DNA of 63,804 nucleotides, filler included. It is 9 parts of 9 records of this genome, joined end to end, with 100 filler letters (N's around TTAATTAATTAA, not from the genome) between each part and the next. Parts side by side here need not be neighbours in the genome. Positions count along the whole stretch, not along the records: positions 8,229 to 14,250 come from SRR31147125_42116; positions 14,351 to 26,546 come from SRR31147125_42207; 7 more parts are not named here. The stretch is one strand, 5' to 3'. The position numbers and the translations under genes were made by a program. The notes below the pieces were generated by a model. The model was not told where the DNA came from. It saw only the letters and a list, made by a program, of their open reading frames with translations, and ran no database searches. Positions 10,705 through 20,484 of this stretch are shown piece after piece. Every line of letters starts with the position of its first letter. The stretch's first letter is position 1.

Positions 10705-11418
10705 TTATAAACTGGTAACTTGTTTCAAATGTTTAATTTCAACCGGCTTTAAAAAACGCCATCTGCCTCTGGAAAGATCGGCCAGTTGCAAAGGGCCATA
10801 TTGTATTCTTTTCAAGCTCTTTACATCATATCCCAGATTTTCAAACATTCGTCTGACTTGTCTATTTCTGCCTTCATGAATACGAATTTCTATCCGATCC
10901 GGCGAATCCGTATAAAACTGAGCATGACAAGGAGCTGTCATTCCGTCTTCCAGTTCCAAACCAGATGTCAAAGGTTCAAAATCATCAGGCTGAAACTCTC
11001 TATCAAGTTTGACACGATACGTTTTAGACACCTTATATCTGGGATGCATTAACCTGTTGGCTAATTCGCCATCATTGGTTAACAATAGCAATCCTTCACT
11101 ATTCAGATCCAGTCTTCCGACAGAAAAAACACGCTCTTTGATGTGAACCAGATCGAAAACGGTTTTTCGACCTTTCGGATCCTGTGCTGTAGTAACACAT
11201 CCTTTGGGTTTGTTAAAAAGGACATAAATCTTTTTTGTATTCAGCTTAAGCGGATAGCCATCAATTCTTACTTTATCTTTTGTTTCATCGACCAGTGTTG
11301 CCAGATCACTGACTCTTTTACCATTCAGTGTGACACGACCGGATTCAACTATTTTTTCTGCTCCTCTTCGGGACGCAATACCACAAAGAGACAAATATTT
11401 ATTTATTCTGTACTTCAA
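10705..11418 (-). CDS. rluB: 23S rRNA pseudouridine synthase, RluB/RsuA family
   Basis: S4 domain (RINKYLS..GIASRR), NKPKG, VGRLD, EGRNRQVRRM; directly after scpB. Confidence 0.9.
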   Translation of the reverse strand: MKYRINKYLSLCGIASRRGAEKIVESGRVTLNGKRVSDLATLVDETKDKVRIDGYPLKLNTKKIYVLFNKPKGCVTTAQDPKGRKTVFDLVHIKERVFSVGRLDLNSEGLLLLTNDGELANRLMHPRYKVSKTYRVKLDREFQPDDFEPLTSGLELEDGMTAPCHAQFYTDSPDRIEIRIHEGRNRQVRRMFENLGYDVKSLKRIQYGPLQLADLSRGRWRFLKPVEIKHLKQVTSL

Positions 11419-12289
11419 TTGAACTTTCTTTAATGTCGTTTTCAGGTGTTTGTTCTATCTTTTTTTCGTCGGATTCAGGTTCTGATTTTGCTGTTTCTTC
11501 CATATCACTATTCACCGGTTTTTCCCGGGAATTTTCATTATCCTTTTCAGCGGAAGGATCTGATTCTGATTTTACCTGATTTACAACGTCACTGCTTACC
11601 GGTTTTTCTTCTGAACTATCGATATTCTTTTCGGCTACAGATCCAGGCTCTGTTTTTTCCTCATTCTCAACGTCACTAGTTACCGGTTTTTCTTCGCTGC
11701 TTTCAATGGTTCCGTTTAACAGCTCATCTTCACCAATCTCTTTTAATATCCTGCCACCTTCACCCTCAGCAAGAAGCGCTTCAATTTCTTTTGGCTTGGG
11801 AAGATCAGTAATAGCGTCAATTCCAAAATAACGTAAAAAATCTTTCGTTGTCGAAAACTGTAAAGCTCGCCCCTGTCCTTCAGTACGTCCGGAAATGGTA
11901 ACCATTTTCTTTTCAAGCAGGCTTTTTATAACACCATCAGAATTGACACCGCGGATTGCAGAAACTTCTACACGGCTTATGGGTTGTTTAAAAGCGACAA
12001 TAGCCAGTGTTTCGAGGGCTGCACGTGTCAAACGGGAACGAGACTTTCCTTCGTACATCTTTTTTATCCAACTGGAATAATCTGGCCTGGTGGCAAATTC
12101 GTATCCTCCACCAACCTTTTTGAGCATGATAGAACGATCGTCCAGTTCTTTTTTTAAACTCTCGATAGCCTCTAAAACATCCTCTTTTGATATGTCCTCT
12201 AACATGGAAAGCAATTGTGATAAGGAGATCGGACCATCAGAAGCGAAAATCACGGCTTCGACTATTCTTATTAATTCTTTTTTATCCAT
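11399..12289 (-). CDS. scpB: SMC-Scp complex subunit ScpB with repetitive acidic tail
   Basis: VEAVIFAS, LTRAALETLAIVAFKQPISR, IRGVNS, TTKDFLRYFG. Confidence 0.96.
   Translation of the reverse strand: MDKKELIRIVEAVIFASDGPISLSQLLSMLEDISKEDVLEAIESLKKELDDRSIMLKKVGGGYEFATRPDYSSWIKKMYEGKSRSRLTRAALETLAIVAFKQPISRVEVSAIRGVNSDGVIKSLLEKKMVTISGRTEGQGRALQFSTTKDFLRYFGIDAITDLPKPKEIEALLAEGEGGRILKEIGEDELLNGTIESSEEKPVTSDVENEEKTEPGSVAEKNIDSSEEKPVSSDVVNQVKSESDPSAEKDNENSREKPVNSDMEETAKSEPESDEKKIEQTPENDIKESSIEVQNK
11450..11701 (-). repeat. Three degenerate 84-bp (28-aa) in-frame tandem repeats in the ScpB tail
   Basis: Core ACCGGTTTTTC at 11514, 11598 and 11682 (period 84); peptide (S/N)S(E/R)EKPVxSD three times. 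Confidence 0.9.
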
Positions 12290-13004
12290 TTATCTTTAAA
12301 AGTTCAATTTCATCAAAAGGATTGTTTTGTATTACGTGAATAAACTTATGTTTTACAAGCTCCAATAGTGCGATAAAAGTGACAATCCATACAATTTTAT
12401 CGTCATCGCTATTAAAGAGAGATGTGAAGGGAATTCGATCTGTCTTTTCCATGGCTTTATGAATGAACTCAATACGTTCTTCCAAAGATACATTGATCTC
12501 ACGGATATGATGAACAGTCACTTTTTTGCGCTGTTTCATCATCGTTTTAAAGGCCTTAACCAAATCAAAAAGAGAGACTTCTGAACTTTCCATCACTTGT
12601 TCATCAAAGCCATTATCTTCTATTTTAAAACTACCTCTGGGATAATGTGTCAAAGCTATTTTTTCTTTTTCTCCCAGGTCAACTGCAACATCCTTAAAAC
12701 GCTTGTATTCAAGAAGCCGTTCAACTAACTCCTGTCGAGGATCAATAAGATCTTCCTCTTCCTCCTCCACGGACGTTTTTGGCAGTAACATTTGTGATTT
12801 AATTCTCATCAGGGAGGCAGCCATCAAAATAAAATCACTAGCTGCTTCCAGATCCAGCATTTGAATAATTTCCAAATACTCGAGGTACTGTTGCGTTATA
12901 TTTGAAATGGGAATATCATAAATATCAACTTCATTTTTCTTTATCAAAAACAGAAGCAGATCAAGAGGCCCCTCAAAGGTCTCTAATTTAACTTTGTAGG
13001 GCAT
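12282..13004 (-). CDS. scpA: Segregation/condensation protein ScpA (kleisin)
   Basis: FEGPLDLLLFLI, IKSQMLLP, DPRQELVERLLEY, TFIALLEL. Confidence 0.97.
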   Translation of the reverse strand: MPYKVKLETFEGPLDLLLFLIKKNEVDIYDIPISNITQQYLEYLEIIQMLDLEAASDFILMAASLMRIKSQMLLPKTSVEEEEEDLIDPRQELVERLLEYKRFKDVAVDLGEKEKIALTHYPRGSFKIEDNGFDEQVMESSEVSLFDLVKAFKTMMKQRKKVTVHHIREINVSLEERIEFIHKAMEKTDRIPFTSLFNSDDDKIVWIVTFIALLELVKHKFIHVIQNNPFDEIELLKING

Positions 13005-13098
13005 ATATCTCCATTAAAAATAGACACATAATTAACGCTCATACACAATTAAGGCCGTTGTAACACGGCCATTTAAATCAACACAACTAATTTTACTA

Positions 13099-13602
13099 TT
13101 AACTCATAAACAAATAGGGTTTCCAGCTATCCTCACTTACACCAATAAAATGCTGAATAAAGAAGAGGTAGCTTGGTTTTTTAGGCTGATGCAATAATCT
13201 CATGTGTGCTTGTTCAGGCGTTCGATTTCCTTTTTTATTATTACATTTGACACAAGCACAAACCAAATTGCCCCAACTATCAGCACCACCCTTTGTCTTT
13301 GGAATAATGTGATCGACAGTCAAAGGATTTTGAGTTCGACCACAATATTGGCACCTAAATTTATCCCTTTTTAAAATATTTTTCCGTGTCAGTTCCACGC
13401 GCTTACGTGGAATATGGATATATCGCACAAGCCGTACGATGCTTGGCAATGGCAAGGACACGCGTGGTGAACGTACCAAAAAATCCCGTTTTTCGACGAC
13501 TTCAACTTTGTCCAGGTAAACCAAAATTATCGCTTTTTTTGCGCTGACCACAGTCATCGGCTCGTAATTTTGGTTTAATAAAAGTACTCTTAGATTGAGC
13601 AT
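13099..13602 (-). CDS. HNH endonuclease (McrA-like)
   Basis: VLLLNQNYEP, RDKFRCQYCG, TVDHIIP, WGNLVCACVKCNNKK. Confidence 0.92.
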   Translation of the reverse strand: MLNLRVLLLNQNYEPMTVVSAKKAIILVYLDKVEVVEKRDFLVRSPRVSLPLPSIVRLVRYIHIPRKRVELTRKNILKRDKFRCQYCGRTQNPLTVDHIIPKTKGGADSWGNLVCACVKCNNKKGNRTPEQAHMRLLHQPKKPSYLFFIQHFIGVSEDSWKPYLFMS

Positions 13603-13726
13603 TTGAATTCGTTATACAAATGAAATATCATCTTAAAAATAACGAACTAGTAATAAATTTATAATAAATTACACAAAGAATCAAGCTATTTCTATATAAA
13701 AATAATTCATTAGCTTATGAGATATG

Positions 13727-13987
13727 CTATTGATTCAAAGGTACTTTTTCAGCTTCATATATAAGCATATTGGGAATATCGTCCTCAATATGATAATTCA
13801 GTGCGACAAAAGTATCCGATATTTCACCGCATTCTGTATCGAGACACTTTCCATAATTATCTACAGGCATTCCACATGTTTTACAATGACGATTTTTACA
13901 AATTAAAATGGACTTTTCCTCATTATATTCCAGGTCACCTTTGCACGATGGACATGCTAAAAGATTCAGTAGTTCCTGATTAAGCAT
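13727..13987 (-). CDS. Trm112/YcaR family protein with Cys-rich insertion
   Basis: LLNLLACPSCKGDL...LIC and YHIEDDIPNMLIYEA termini; GGAGG RBS upstream. Confidence 0.85.
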   Translation of the reverse strand: MLNQELLNLLACPSCKGDLEYNEEKSILICKNRHCKTCGMPVDNYGKCLDTECGEISDTFVALNYHIEDDIPNMLIYEAEKVPLNQ

Positions 13988-14103
13988 TCAACCTCCTTTG
14001 ATCTCATTTAATAAAAATAACAGAAATTACAATGGTCATTGTAAAAAGTCATTTTTTTTAGCTTTGCACTGTCAGCAAAAATTCAGACGCTATCCTTTTA
14101 TTT

Positions 14104-14250
14104 CTATTCTGTCCAGGCTCCCATTCTTGAAAACTTTTCAATACGTTGTTTGATTAACTCTTCAGATTCTATATGTTCTAATTGTTTGAGTTCATCAATC
14201 AGAGTTTTTTTGAGTATAGCGGCTGCCTTGTCATGATTACTATGAGCTCC
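14104..14250 (-). CDS. accA: Acetyl-CoA carboxylase carboxyltransferase alpha, C-terminal fragment
   Basis: Manual translation GAHSNHDKAAAILKKTLIDELKQL...LIKQRIEKFSRMGAWTE* matches the AccA C-terminus. Confidence 0.85.
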   Translation of the reverse strand, partial: GAHSNHDKAAAILKKTLIDELKQLEHIESEELIKQRIEKFSRMGAWTE

Positions 14251-14350
14251 NNNNNNNNNNNNNNNNNNNNNNNNNNNNNNNNNNNNNNNNNNNNTTAATT
14301 AATTAANNNNNNNNNNNNNNNNNNNNNNNNNNNNNNNNNNNNNNNNNNNN
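14251..14350. other. Artificial contig spacer
   Basis: N44-TTAATTAATTAA-N44. Confidence 0.99.
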
Positions 14351-15150
14351 AGGAATATTACAATTCATTATTCGAAATGTACGCCGGGTGGGGTGTCGAT
14401 TTTATTAAGGCAGACGACACCATGTTTCCGCCGTACCACGAAGGCGAAATTGCGATGATGCGAAAGGCCATTGAAAATTGTGGCCGTCCGATTGTTCTTA
14501 GTTTATCGTGTGGAGAAGCGCCGCTTGGACAGGCCGACCACCTTAAAGCCAACGCCAACATGTGGCGCATTTCTGCCGATTACTGGGACAAATGGGAAAG
14601 CCTCGAACACAATTTCGATTTACTAAATGTTTGGGCGTCACATACAGAACCGGGTACCTGGCCCGATGCCGATATGATTCCAATTGGTAAACTTTCTCTC
14701 GACGACCGTCCTCACGGACCTGAACGTATGACGAATTTTACAAAAGATGAACAACTAACCATGATGACTTTGTGGAGCATTGCACAATCGCCATTAATGC
14801 TGGGTAACGATATGTTGGATGTTGATGAATTTACAATGTCATTAATCACTAATCCCGAAGTATTGGCTGTTAACCAAAACGGTAGCAATGCGCGTCAGAT
14901 TTTTGTGCGCAACGGACAGCGTTTCTGGATTTCGACCGACAAGAAAACAGGAGATAAATTTATCGGACTCTTTAATTTAAATGACAAGGAACGTCAAGTG
15001 GTTTTCGATCTGGAATGGGACTACTTGCGCGACACCTACAATGTTCGAGACCTGTGGGAACGAAAATATATTGGAACAGCAAAAGGAAAAATAAAAGCAA
15101 AATTGCCCGCTCATGGGGCAGCATTATATCGTCTATCGAAAGTAAATTAA
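14351..15150 (+). CDS. Glycoside hydrolase family 27 (alpha-galactosidase/beta-L-arabinopyranosidase), 5' truncated
   Basis: WGVDFIKADD, RPIVLSLS, NMWRISAD, WPDADM, SPLMLG and the C-terminal beta-sandwich (VRDLW...HGA). Confidence 0.92.
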
Positions 15151-15364
15151 TAACTAATCAAAACTAAATGTCTATGAAACAAATGAAATTACGCAACAAG
15201 TCAAATCCGTATGGAAAAGGAAGTCCATAAGCCTGGTTTCTTTTAACCATGCCAAGGTTAGTTTACATTCTACCAAATAATGCATTTGAAAGGTCACTAT
15301 TCGAACCTACTACCTAAAACAAGGTGGCTTTTCAAAAAAAGAATTGAATAACTAATAATAAAAA

Positions 15365-18300
15365 ATGATGCAAAAACTAAAACTTTTACTCATTCTGTTG
15401 CTATTCAGTACCTCTACTGTTTTTGCCCAAACAAAAACAATTAATGGAACTGTGGTCGACAGTGACGGGCTTCCTTTGCCCGGGGTTACTGTGGTTGTGG
15501 TTGGCACTACTACAGGAACGGTTACCAACATTGACGGGAATTTTACCCTCGGTGTGGAACCTGCAAACGAGCTTCGTTTTTCGTTTATTGGATTTGCCGA
15601 ACAAGTAATTGCTGTTGGAGAACAAACGGTAATTAATGTTACGCTGGCAGCCGATACCGAAGAATTGGAAGAAGTGGTTGTTGTGGGATACGGAACACAG
15701 AAAAAGGAGAGTGTAGTTGGGGCAATTACCCAAACCAAAGGAGAAGAACTTAAGAAACAAGGTAATGTTTCAAATCTTTCCGATGCGTTGGCAGGTGCCA
15801 TGCCCGGTGTTGCTGTTATGACCGGAACCGGACTTCCCGGTGGTGGTGGTAACTTAACCGGGAACGACTACGAAGAAACAGAAATTCTAATCCGTGGTAA
15901 AGCAACATGGAACAATTCGTCGCCGCTTATTTTGGTCGATGGTATTGAACGTAGCATGGACGATATAGACATTAACGAAGTAGAAAATATTTCAGTGCTT
16001 AAAGATGCATCGGCCACTGCAGTTTACGGTGTAAAAGGGGGTAACGGTGTAATACTTATTACCACAAAACGCGGCTCGGTAAGTAAACCAAAATTTACTT
16101 TCGAAGCCAATACAACATGGGAAAACATCAGTAAAATTGCACAGGTGGAAGATGCTTACACTGGTATTCAATCGCGGAACTATGCTATTATTAACGAAGC
16201 TGCAGTAAATCCTGACAGCTGGAACGACTATGTACCTGATGAAATCTTAAATTACTATGGCGATGGCACATATCCGTATGCGTTCCCAAGTAACGATTTA
16301 ACCGAAACCATGTTAAAAGATTATGGCCGTTCGCACCGTTTTAACATGAACGTGGCAGGGGGTACAAATTTTGTAAAATATTTCGGGTCGTTAAGTTACA
16401 ACCACGTTGGCGATATTATGGCCACCGAAGATGTTGGGCAGGGATATAATCCTGAATATTCATACGACAGATTTAACTTCCGTTCTAATCTGGACTTTGC
16501 TTTAACTAAAACAACTGATTTTTCGGTGAATTTGAGTGGTTTCTACGGAGCTCAGCAAACTTCAAGAGCCAACTACCACGATGTATGGTACGGTTTATAT
16601 AACCATGCACCCGATTGGCCTGTAATTCAATACGAAGATGGAGTTTACGGTAACAGCGAAGGAACATACGAACGTATGGGAAACAACGAACTGGAAGGAC
16701 TTCTTTTTTCGGGTTACAATAAATACAATACCACCGAAATTAATACCGACTTTAAATTAAATCAGAAACTTGATTTTATAACCGAGGGGCTTTCTGTAGC
16801 CGGTAAATTTGCTTACGATAATACATTTGTAACCAATGGTGAAAATATTGTTGATGATGGCGTTTTAACCAAAACCATCGACCCTGAATACTATACCTCG
16901 GGTGGTTATTGGGATGAAGCAACCCAAAGCTATACGCTAACTAACGATGGTAGAAGTGTAGAAGATTTTACGACTTACTATTTCCCTGAAGATTATAACG
17001 CAAGTTCAGGATTTAACTGGCAGGAAAATCCACTGGGATACAATGCCGAATCGGTTTCAAATAACAATATGAACCGGGTAAGACGTAATTTATATTACGA
17101 AGTGGGCTTGAATTACTCGAAAACCTTTGGGAAACATGAAGTTACGGGGTTAGCACTGTTTAGCCGTCAGAAAACTGAGTTGGGGAGTAACTGGGCAGAA
17201 CTACGTGAAGACTGGGTAGGACGTGCAACCTATTACTTCAACCGTAAATATTTATTGGAATTAAATGGTTCTTACAACGGTTCCGAGAAATTTGGTACTG
17301 GTTATAAGTTCGACTTTTTTCCATCGGTGGCAGTAGGTTGGACAGTATCTAACGAACGTTTCTTTAAAGAAAATGTAGACTTTGTAAACTTATTGAAAGT
17401 ACGCTATTCCGATGGTATTGTAGGTAACGACCGCCTGAGTGGAATCCAGTGGGGATATGTTACTACCTGGTCAGAAGGTTCGATGTATACAGGAAGTACA
17501 CAAGCCCAAGAGGGATTTGGTGACCTGTTTATTGTTGACGGACCTTTAAAATATTCTGAAGGTGTTCCGGGTAATCCTGATTTGCAATGGGAAACGGCTC
17601 ATAAACGAAATCTTGGTTTCGAGTGGGGAGCCTTTAAAAACGTATTTACCGGTTCGTTGGATGTATTTTGGGAAGACCGCGATAATATGTTAGTTGCTGC
17701 CGACCAGCGAACTGTTCCTGAAACCTTTGGGCAAACTGCTCCGGCAGCTAATATTGGTGCCGTAAAATCGAATGGTATGGAAGTGGAAGCTTCTATTAGA
17801 AAAGCTTATGAAAATTCATTTAGCTTCTATGTTTCGGGAAACTGGACCATTGCTAAAAATGAAATTCTGGAAAAAGAAGACCCGGAATTAAAACCTGATT
17901 ACCAAAAACAGGAGGGCTATTCAATTGGACAAAACAGTACCACATTAGAAAGTGGAATATTACAGAGCTGGGACGATGTCTACACAGGAGTACTCGATTA
18001 CTCGAACAACAGCGATGTATTGCCTGGCGATTATCGTTTTGTCGATTTTAACTCGAATGGTGAGATTGACCCAGAAGACGGAGTACCTTATGGTTATTCA
18101 GTATATCCGCAAAACACCTATGGTTTTTCAGGTGGCGTATCGTATAAAGGATTTAGTTTGAATGTGCAGTTTTATGGTACTTACAATGTAACTAAAAACA
18201 TTAGTTTAGGACCTTACGGTTTCGATTCGCCAATAGTATATGAACATTTGTTGGAAGATACATGGACACCTGAATACGGTAACGAAGACCCTACGTACAA

Positions 18301-18571
18301 ACAGCTTAGCTATAAAAAGCAAAATAACGGAACAGGGAGCTATAACCTTTGGGATGCTTCATTCTTACGTTTAAAAACAGCTGAATTTTCTTATACGCTG
18401 CCAGACCGCTGGCTTGAACCAATTGGGGTAAGTCAATTGCGGGTATTTGTAAACGGTAACAACCTGTTTGTTTGGACCGATATGCCAACCGATGGTGAGG
18501 GAGGAAACTTCAGTTTGAAAAACTATCCGGTGAAGAAGCAGATGACAATAGGCTTAAACCTACAGTTTTAA
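15365..18571 (+). CDS. susC: SusC/RagA TonB-dependent transporter 1
   Basis: LPGVTVVVVGT, LEEVVVVGYG, PLILVDG, VLKDASATAVYG...NGVILITTKRG, C-terminal Phe. Confidence 0.97.
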   Translation: MMQKLKLLLILLLFSTSTVFAQTKTINGTVVDSDGLPLPGVTVVVVGTTTGTVTNIDGNFTLGVEPANELRFSFIGFAEQVIAVGEQTVINVTLAADTEELEEVVVVGYGTQKKESVVGAITQTKGEELKKQGNVSNLSDALAGAMPGVAVMTGTGLPGGGGNLTGNDYEETEILIRGKATWNNSSPLILVDGIERSMDDIDINEVENISVLKDASATAVYGVKGGNGVILITTKRGSVSKPKFTFEANTTWENISKIAQVEDAYTGIQSRNYAIINEAAVNPDSWNDYVPDEILNYYGDGTYPYAFPSNDLTETMLKDYGRSHRFNMNVAGGTNFVKYFGSLSYNHVGDIMATEDVGQGYNPEYSYDRFNFRSNLDFALTKTTDFSVNLSGFYGAQQTSRANYHDVWYGLYNHAPDWPVIQYEDGVYGNSEGTYERMGNNELEGLLFSGYNKYNTTEINTDFKLNQKLDFITEGLSVAGKFAYDNTFVTNGENIVDDGVLTKTIDPEYYTSGGYWDEATQSYTLTNDGRSVEDFTTYYFPEDYNASSGFNWQENPLGYNAESVSNNNMNRVRRNLYYEVGLNYSKTFGKHEVTGLALFSRQKTELGSNWAELREDWVGRATYYFNRKYLLELNGSYNGSEKFGTGYKFDFFPSVAVGWTVSNERFFKENVDFVNLLKVRYSDGIVGNDRLSGIQWGYVTTWSEGSMYTGSTQAQEGFGDLFIVDGPLKYSEGVPGNPDLQWETAHKRNLGFEWGAFKNVFTGSLDVFWEDRDNMLVAADQRTVPETFGQTAPAANIGAVKSNGMEVEASIRKAYENSFSFYVSGNWTIAKNEILEKEDPELKPDYQKQEGYSIGQNSTTLESGILQSWDDVYTGVLDYSNNSDVLPGDYRFVDFNSNGEIDPEDGVPYGYSVYPQNTYGFSGGVSYKGFSLNVQFYGTYNVTKNISLGPYGFDSPIVYEHLLEDTWTPEYGNEDPTYKQLSYKKQNNGTGSYNLWDASFLRLKTAEFSYTLPDRWLEPIGVSQLRVFVNGNNLFVWTDMPTDGEGGNFSLKNYPVKKQMTIGLNLQF

Positions 18572-18583
18572 TCTTTAAAGTTT

Positions 18584-20461
18584 ATGATTATGAAGAAGAT
18601 ATATAAACAAATCATATTTGTAACGATAGTTGCCTTTGGGGCATGGAGCTGTGAGGATTACCTTGATGTTCCACCCGATGCAAATATCTCGGAAGAAGAT
18701 ATTTTTAGCAATTACAACTCCTTTCAGGGTTTTGTAGACCAGTGCTACGAATTTATTGTAGACTACAATAGCCATGCTATTTGTGTAAGTGGAAATCTTG
18801 GTGGCGAAGTAATGGGCTCGAAAGCCTGGATTACTGGTTACCACGGTTCTTACGGCTTGTACTGGAGCCTGTCAAACGATGGCGGACAACGTTCTATTTT
18901 TAATGGTTATAACGAAGGAACCGATATTCATCAACTAGGAATTTGGGACTTTTGTTGGGACGGAGCACGTGTTTGTAACATAGGTTTAGGCAATCTGGAA
19001 CAATTAACAAATGCTACCCAGGAAGAAAAAGACATTATTAAAGGACAGCTACATTTCTTCCGTGCTTTCCTGCATTGGGAAGTAGTTCGCGCTTATGGTG
19101 CAATTCCTTATGTCGATACTTTATTAACTGCCGATAATATTGAAATGCCACGTTTTTGGGAATACCAGAAAAATGGTAAGACCTATAAAAATACGCAAGC
19201 TGTTTACGAACGTATTGTTGACGACTTAGATGTTGCAGCAGGTTTACTTCCCGAAATTTGGGATGCACCCGAAGCATTGGCAGGTACCAACCAGCCAAAC
19301 CTGGGACGTATTACAAAAGGTACGGCATTGGCACTTAAAGCAAAAGCCTTGCTATTTGCAGGTAGTCCATTGTTTAACGAAGAATCTGGCGGTTCGGCAA
19401 CATTCGATACCGATTATATGAATCGTGCAGCACAAGCTGCCGGCGAAGTAATAAAATTGGCAGATAAGGGTGTTTATAGTTTGGAAGAAATGATTCCGGG
19501 CGAAGACCTTGATCCATATCGCCAGATATTTGCTACCGTTGATGGAACATATCCGTACAGTGCAAAAGAAACATTGTTAGGACGTATCCGCGACAGAGGT
19601 AAAGGACAAGGACGTTTTAATAATTCATTATCACGACTTTATTCAACCGGTAATGGTGGTGTTAACTTTGGTGGTAATGCTCCAATTGAAACACCTACCC
19701 AAAATTTTCTTGATAAATGGGAAATGGCTGATGGTACGCGTTATAAACCAGGCAAAGCATCGGAAGGTGGTTACGACGACGATGCTGATAAACGTTGGGA
19801 AAACCGCGATCCTCGTTTCAGAAAAACATTTTGGGTACATGGCGACGATTTTGGTAAATTCCAATTGAATTGTCAGGTGGGAGGAAAAGATAATACAGCT
19901 GTTGTTCTTAATCCATACTTTATACACAAATACTGGCCTGTTGGTATCGACAATAAAAACAAAAACTGGAGACAATTTGATTTCTCTACTCCAATGATTC
20001 GTTTGGCTGATGTGTATTTAATTTATGCAGAAGCTGTTTTCGAAGGAACAGGCGACCCAAATGCTTCAGCATCGGGTGTTGGACTTTCTGCAGTAGAGGC
20101 AGTAAACCGTGTTCGCGAGCGTGCCGGAATGCCACCAACAACTGCTAATCCGGTTGCTTATACAACTCAATTAGCAGGTCATGGCGAAACTTCATCCGAC
20201 CATCCATTCCGTTTATTGGTTCGTAACGAACGTAATGTTGAGCTTTGTTTCGAAGGTCACTACTGGTGGGATACACGCCGTTGGAAAATTGCTCATACTT
20301 TGGATAAAAAATTATATCGTTTAGACTTTGACAAAGATGTTACCTATACATCGCGCGAAGTGGTGCAGGACTATCTGTTTGAAACCCGTCATTACTGGTT
20401 ACCATTTAAAACCGATGTGACTTTGATGTACGAAGGATGGCCTCAAAATCCTGGGTGGTAG
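18584..20461 (+). CDS. susD: SusD/RagB lipoprotein 1
   Basis: SCEDYLD lipobox, RDPRF, IRLADVYLIYAEA, NERNVELCFEGH, QNPGW. Confidence 0.96.
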   Translation: MIMKKIYKQIIFVTIVAFGAWSCEDYLDVPPDANISEEDIFSNYNSFQGFVDQCYEFIVDYNSHAICVSGNLGGEVMGSKAWITGYHGSYGLYWSLSNDGGQRSIFNGYNEGTDIHQLGIWDFCWDGARVCNIGLGNLEQLTNATQEEKDIIKGQLHFFRAFLHWEVVRAYGAIPYVDTLLTADNIEMPRFWEYQKNGKTYKNTQAVYERIVDDLDVAAGLLPEIWDAPEALAGTNQPNLGRITKGTALALKAKALLFAGSPLFNEESGGSATFDTDYMNRAAQAAGEVIKLADKGVYSLEEMIPGEDLDPYRQIFATVDGTYPYSAKETLLGRIRDRGKGQGRFNNSLSRLYSTGNGGVNFGGNAPIETPTQNFLDKWEMADGTRYKPGKASEGGYDDDADKRWENRDPRFRKTFWVHGDDFGKFQLNCQVGGKDNTAVVLNPYFIHKYWPVGIDNKNKNWRQFDFSTPMIRLADVYLIYAEAVFEGTGDPNASASGVGLSAVEAVNRVRERAGMPPTTANPVAYTTQLAGHGETSSDHPFRLLVRNERNVELCFEGHYWWDTRRWKIAHTLDKKLYRLDFDKDVTYTSREVVQDYLFETRHYWLPFKTDVTLMYEGWPQNPGW

Positions 20462-20484
20462 TAGTAAATAAACAGAATTATAAA

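Noticed and set aside
11450..11701. Regularly spaced ACCGGTTTTTC repeats as a CRISPR array
   Set aside because: Period of 84 bp is in frame within scpB, units are degenerate, intervening sequences are homologous and no cas genes are present
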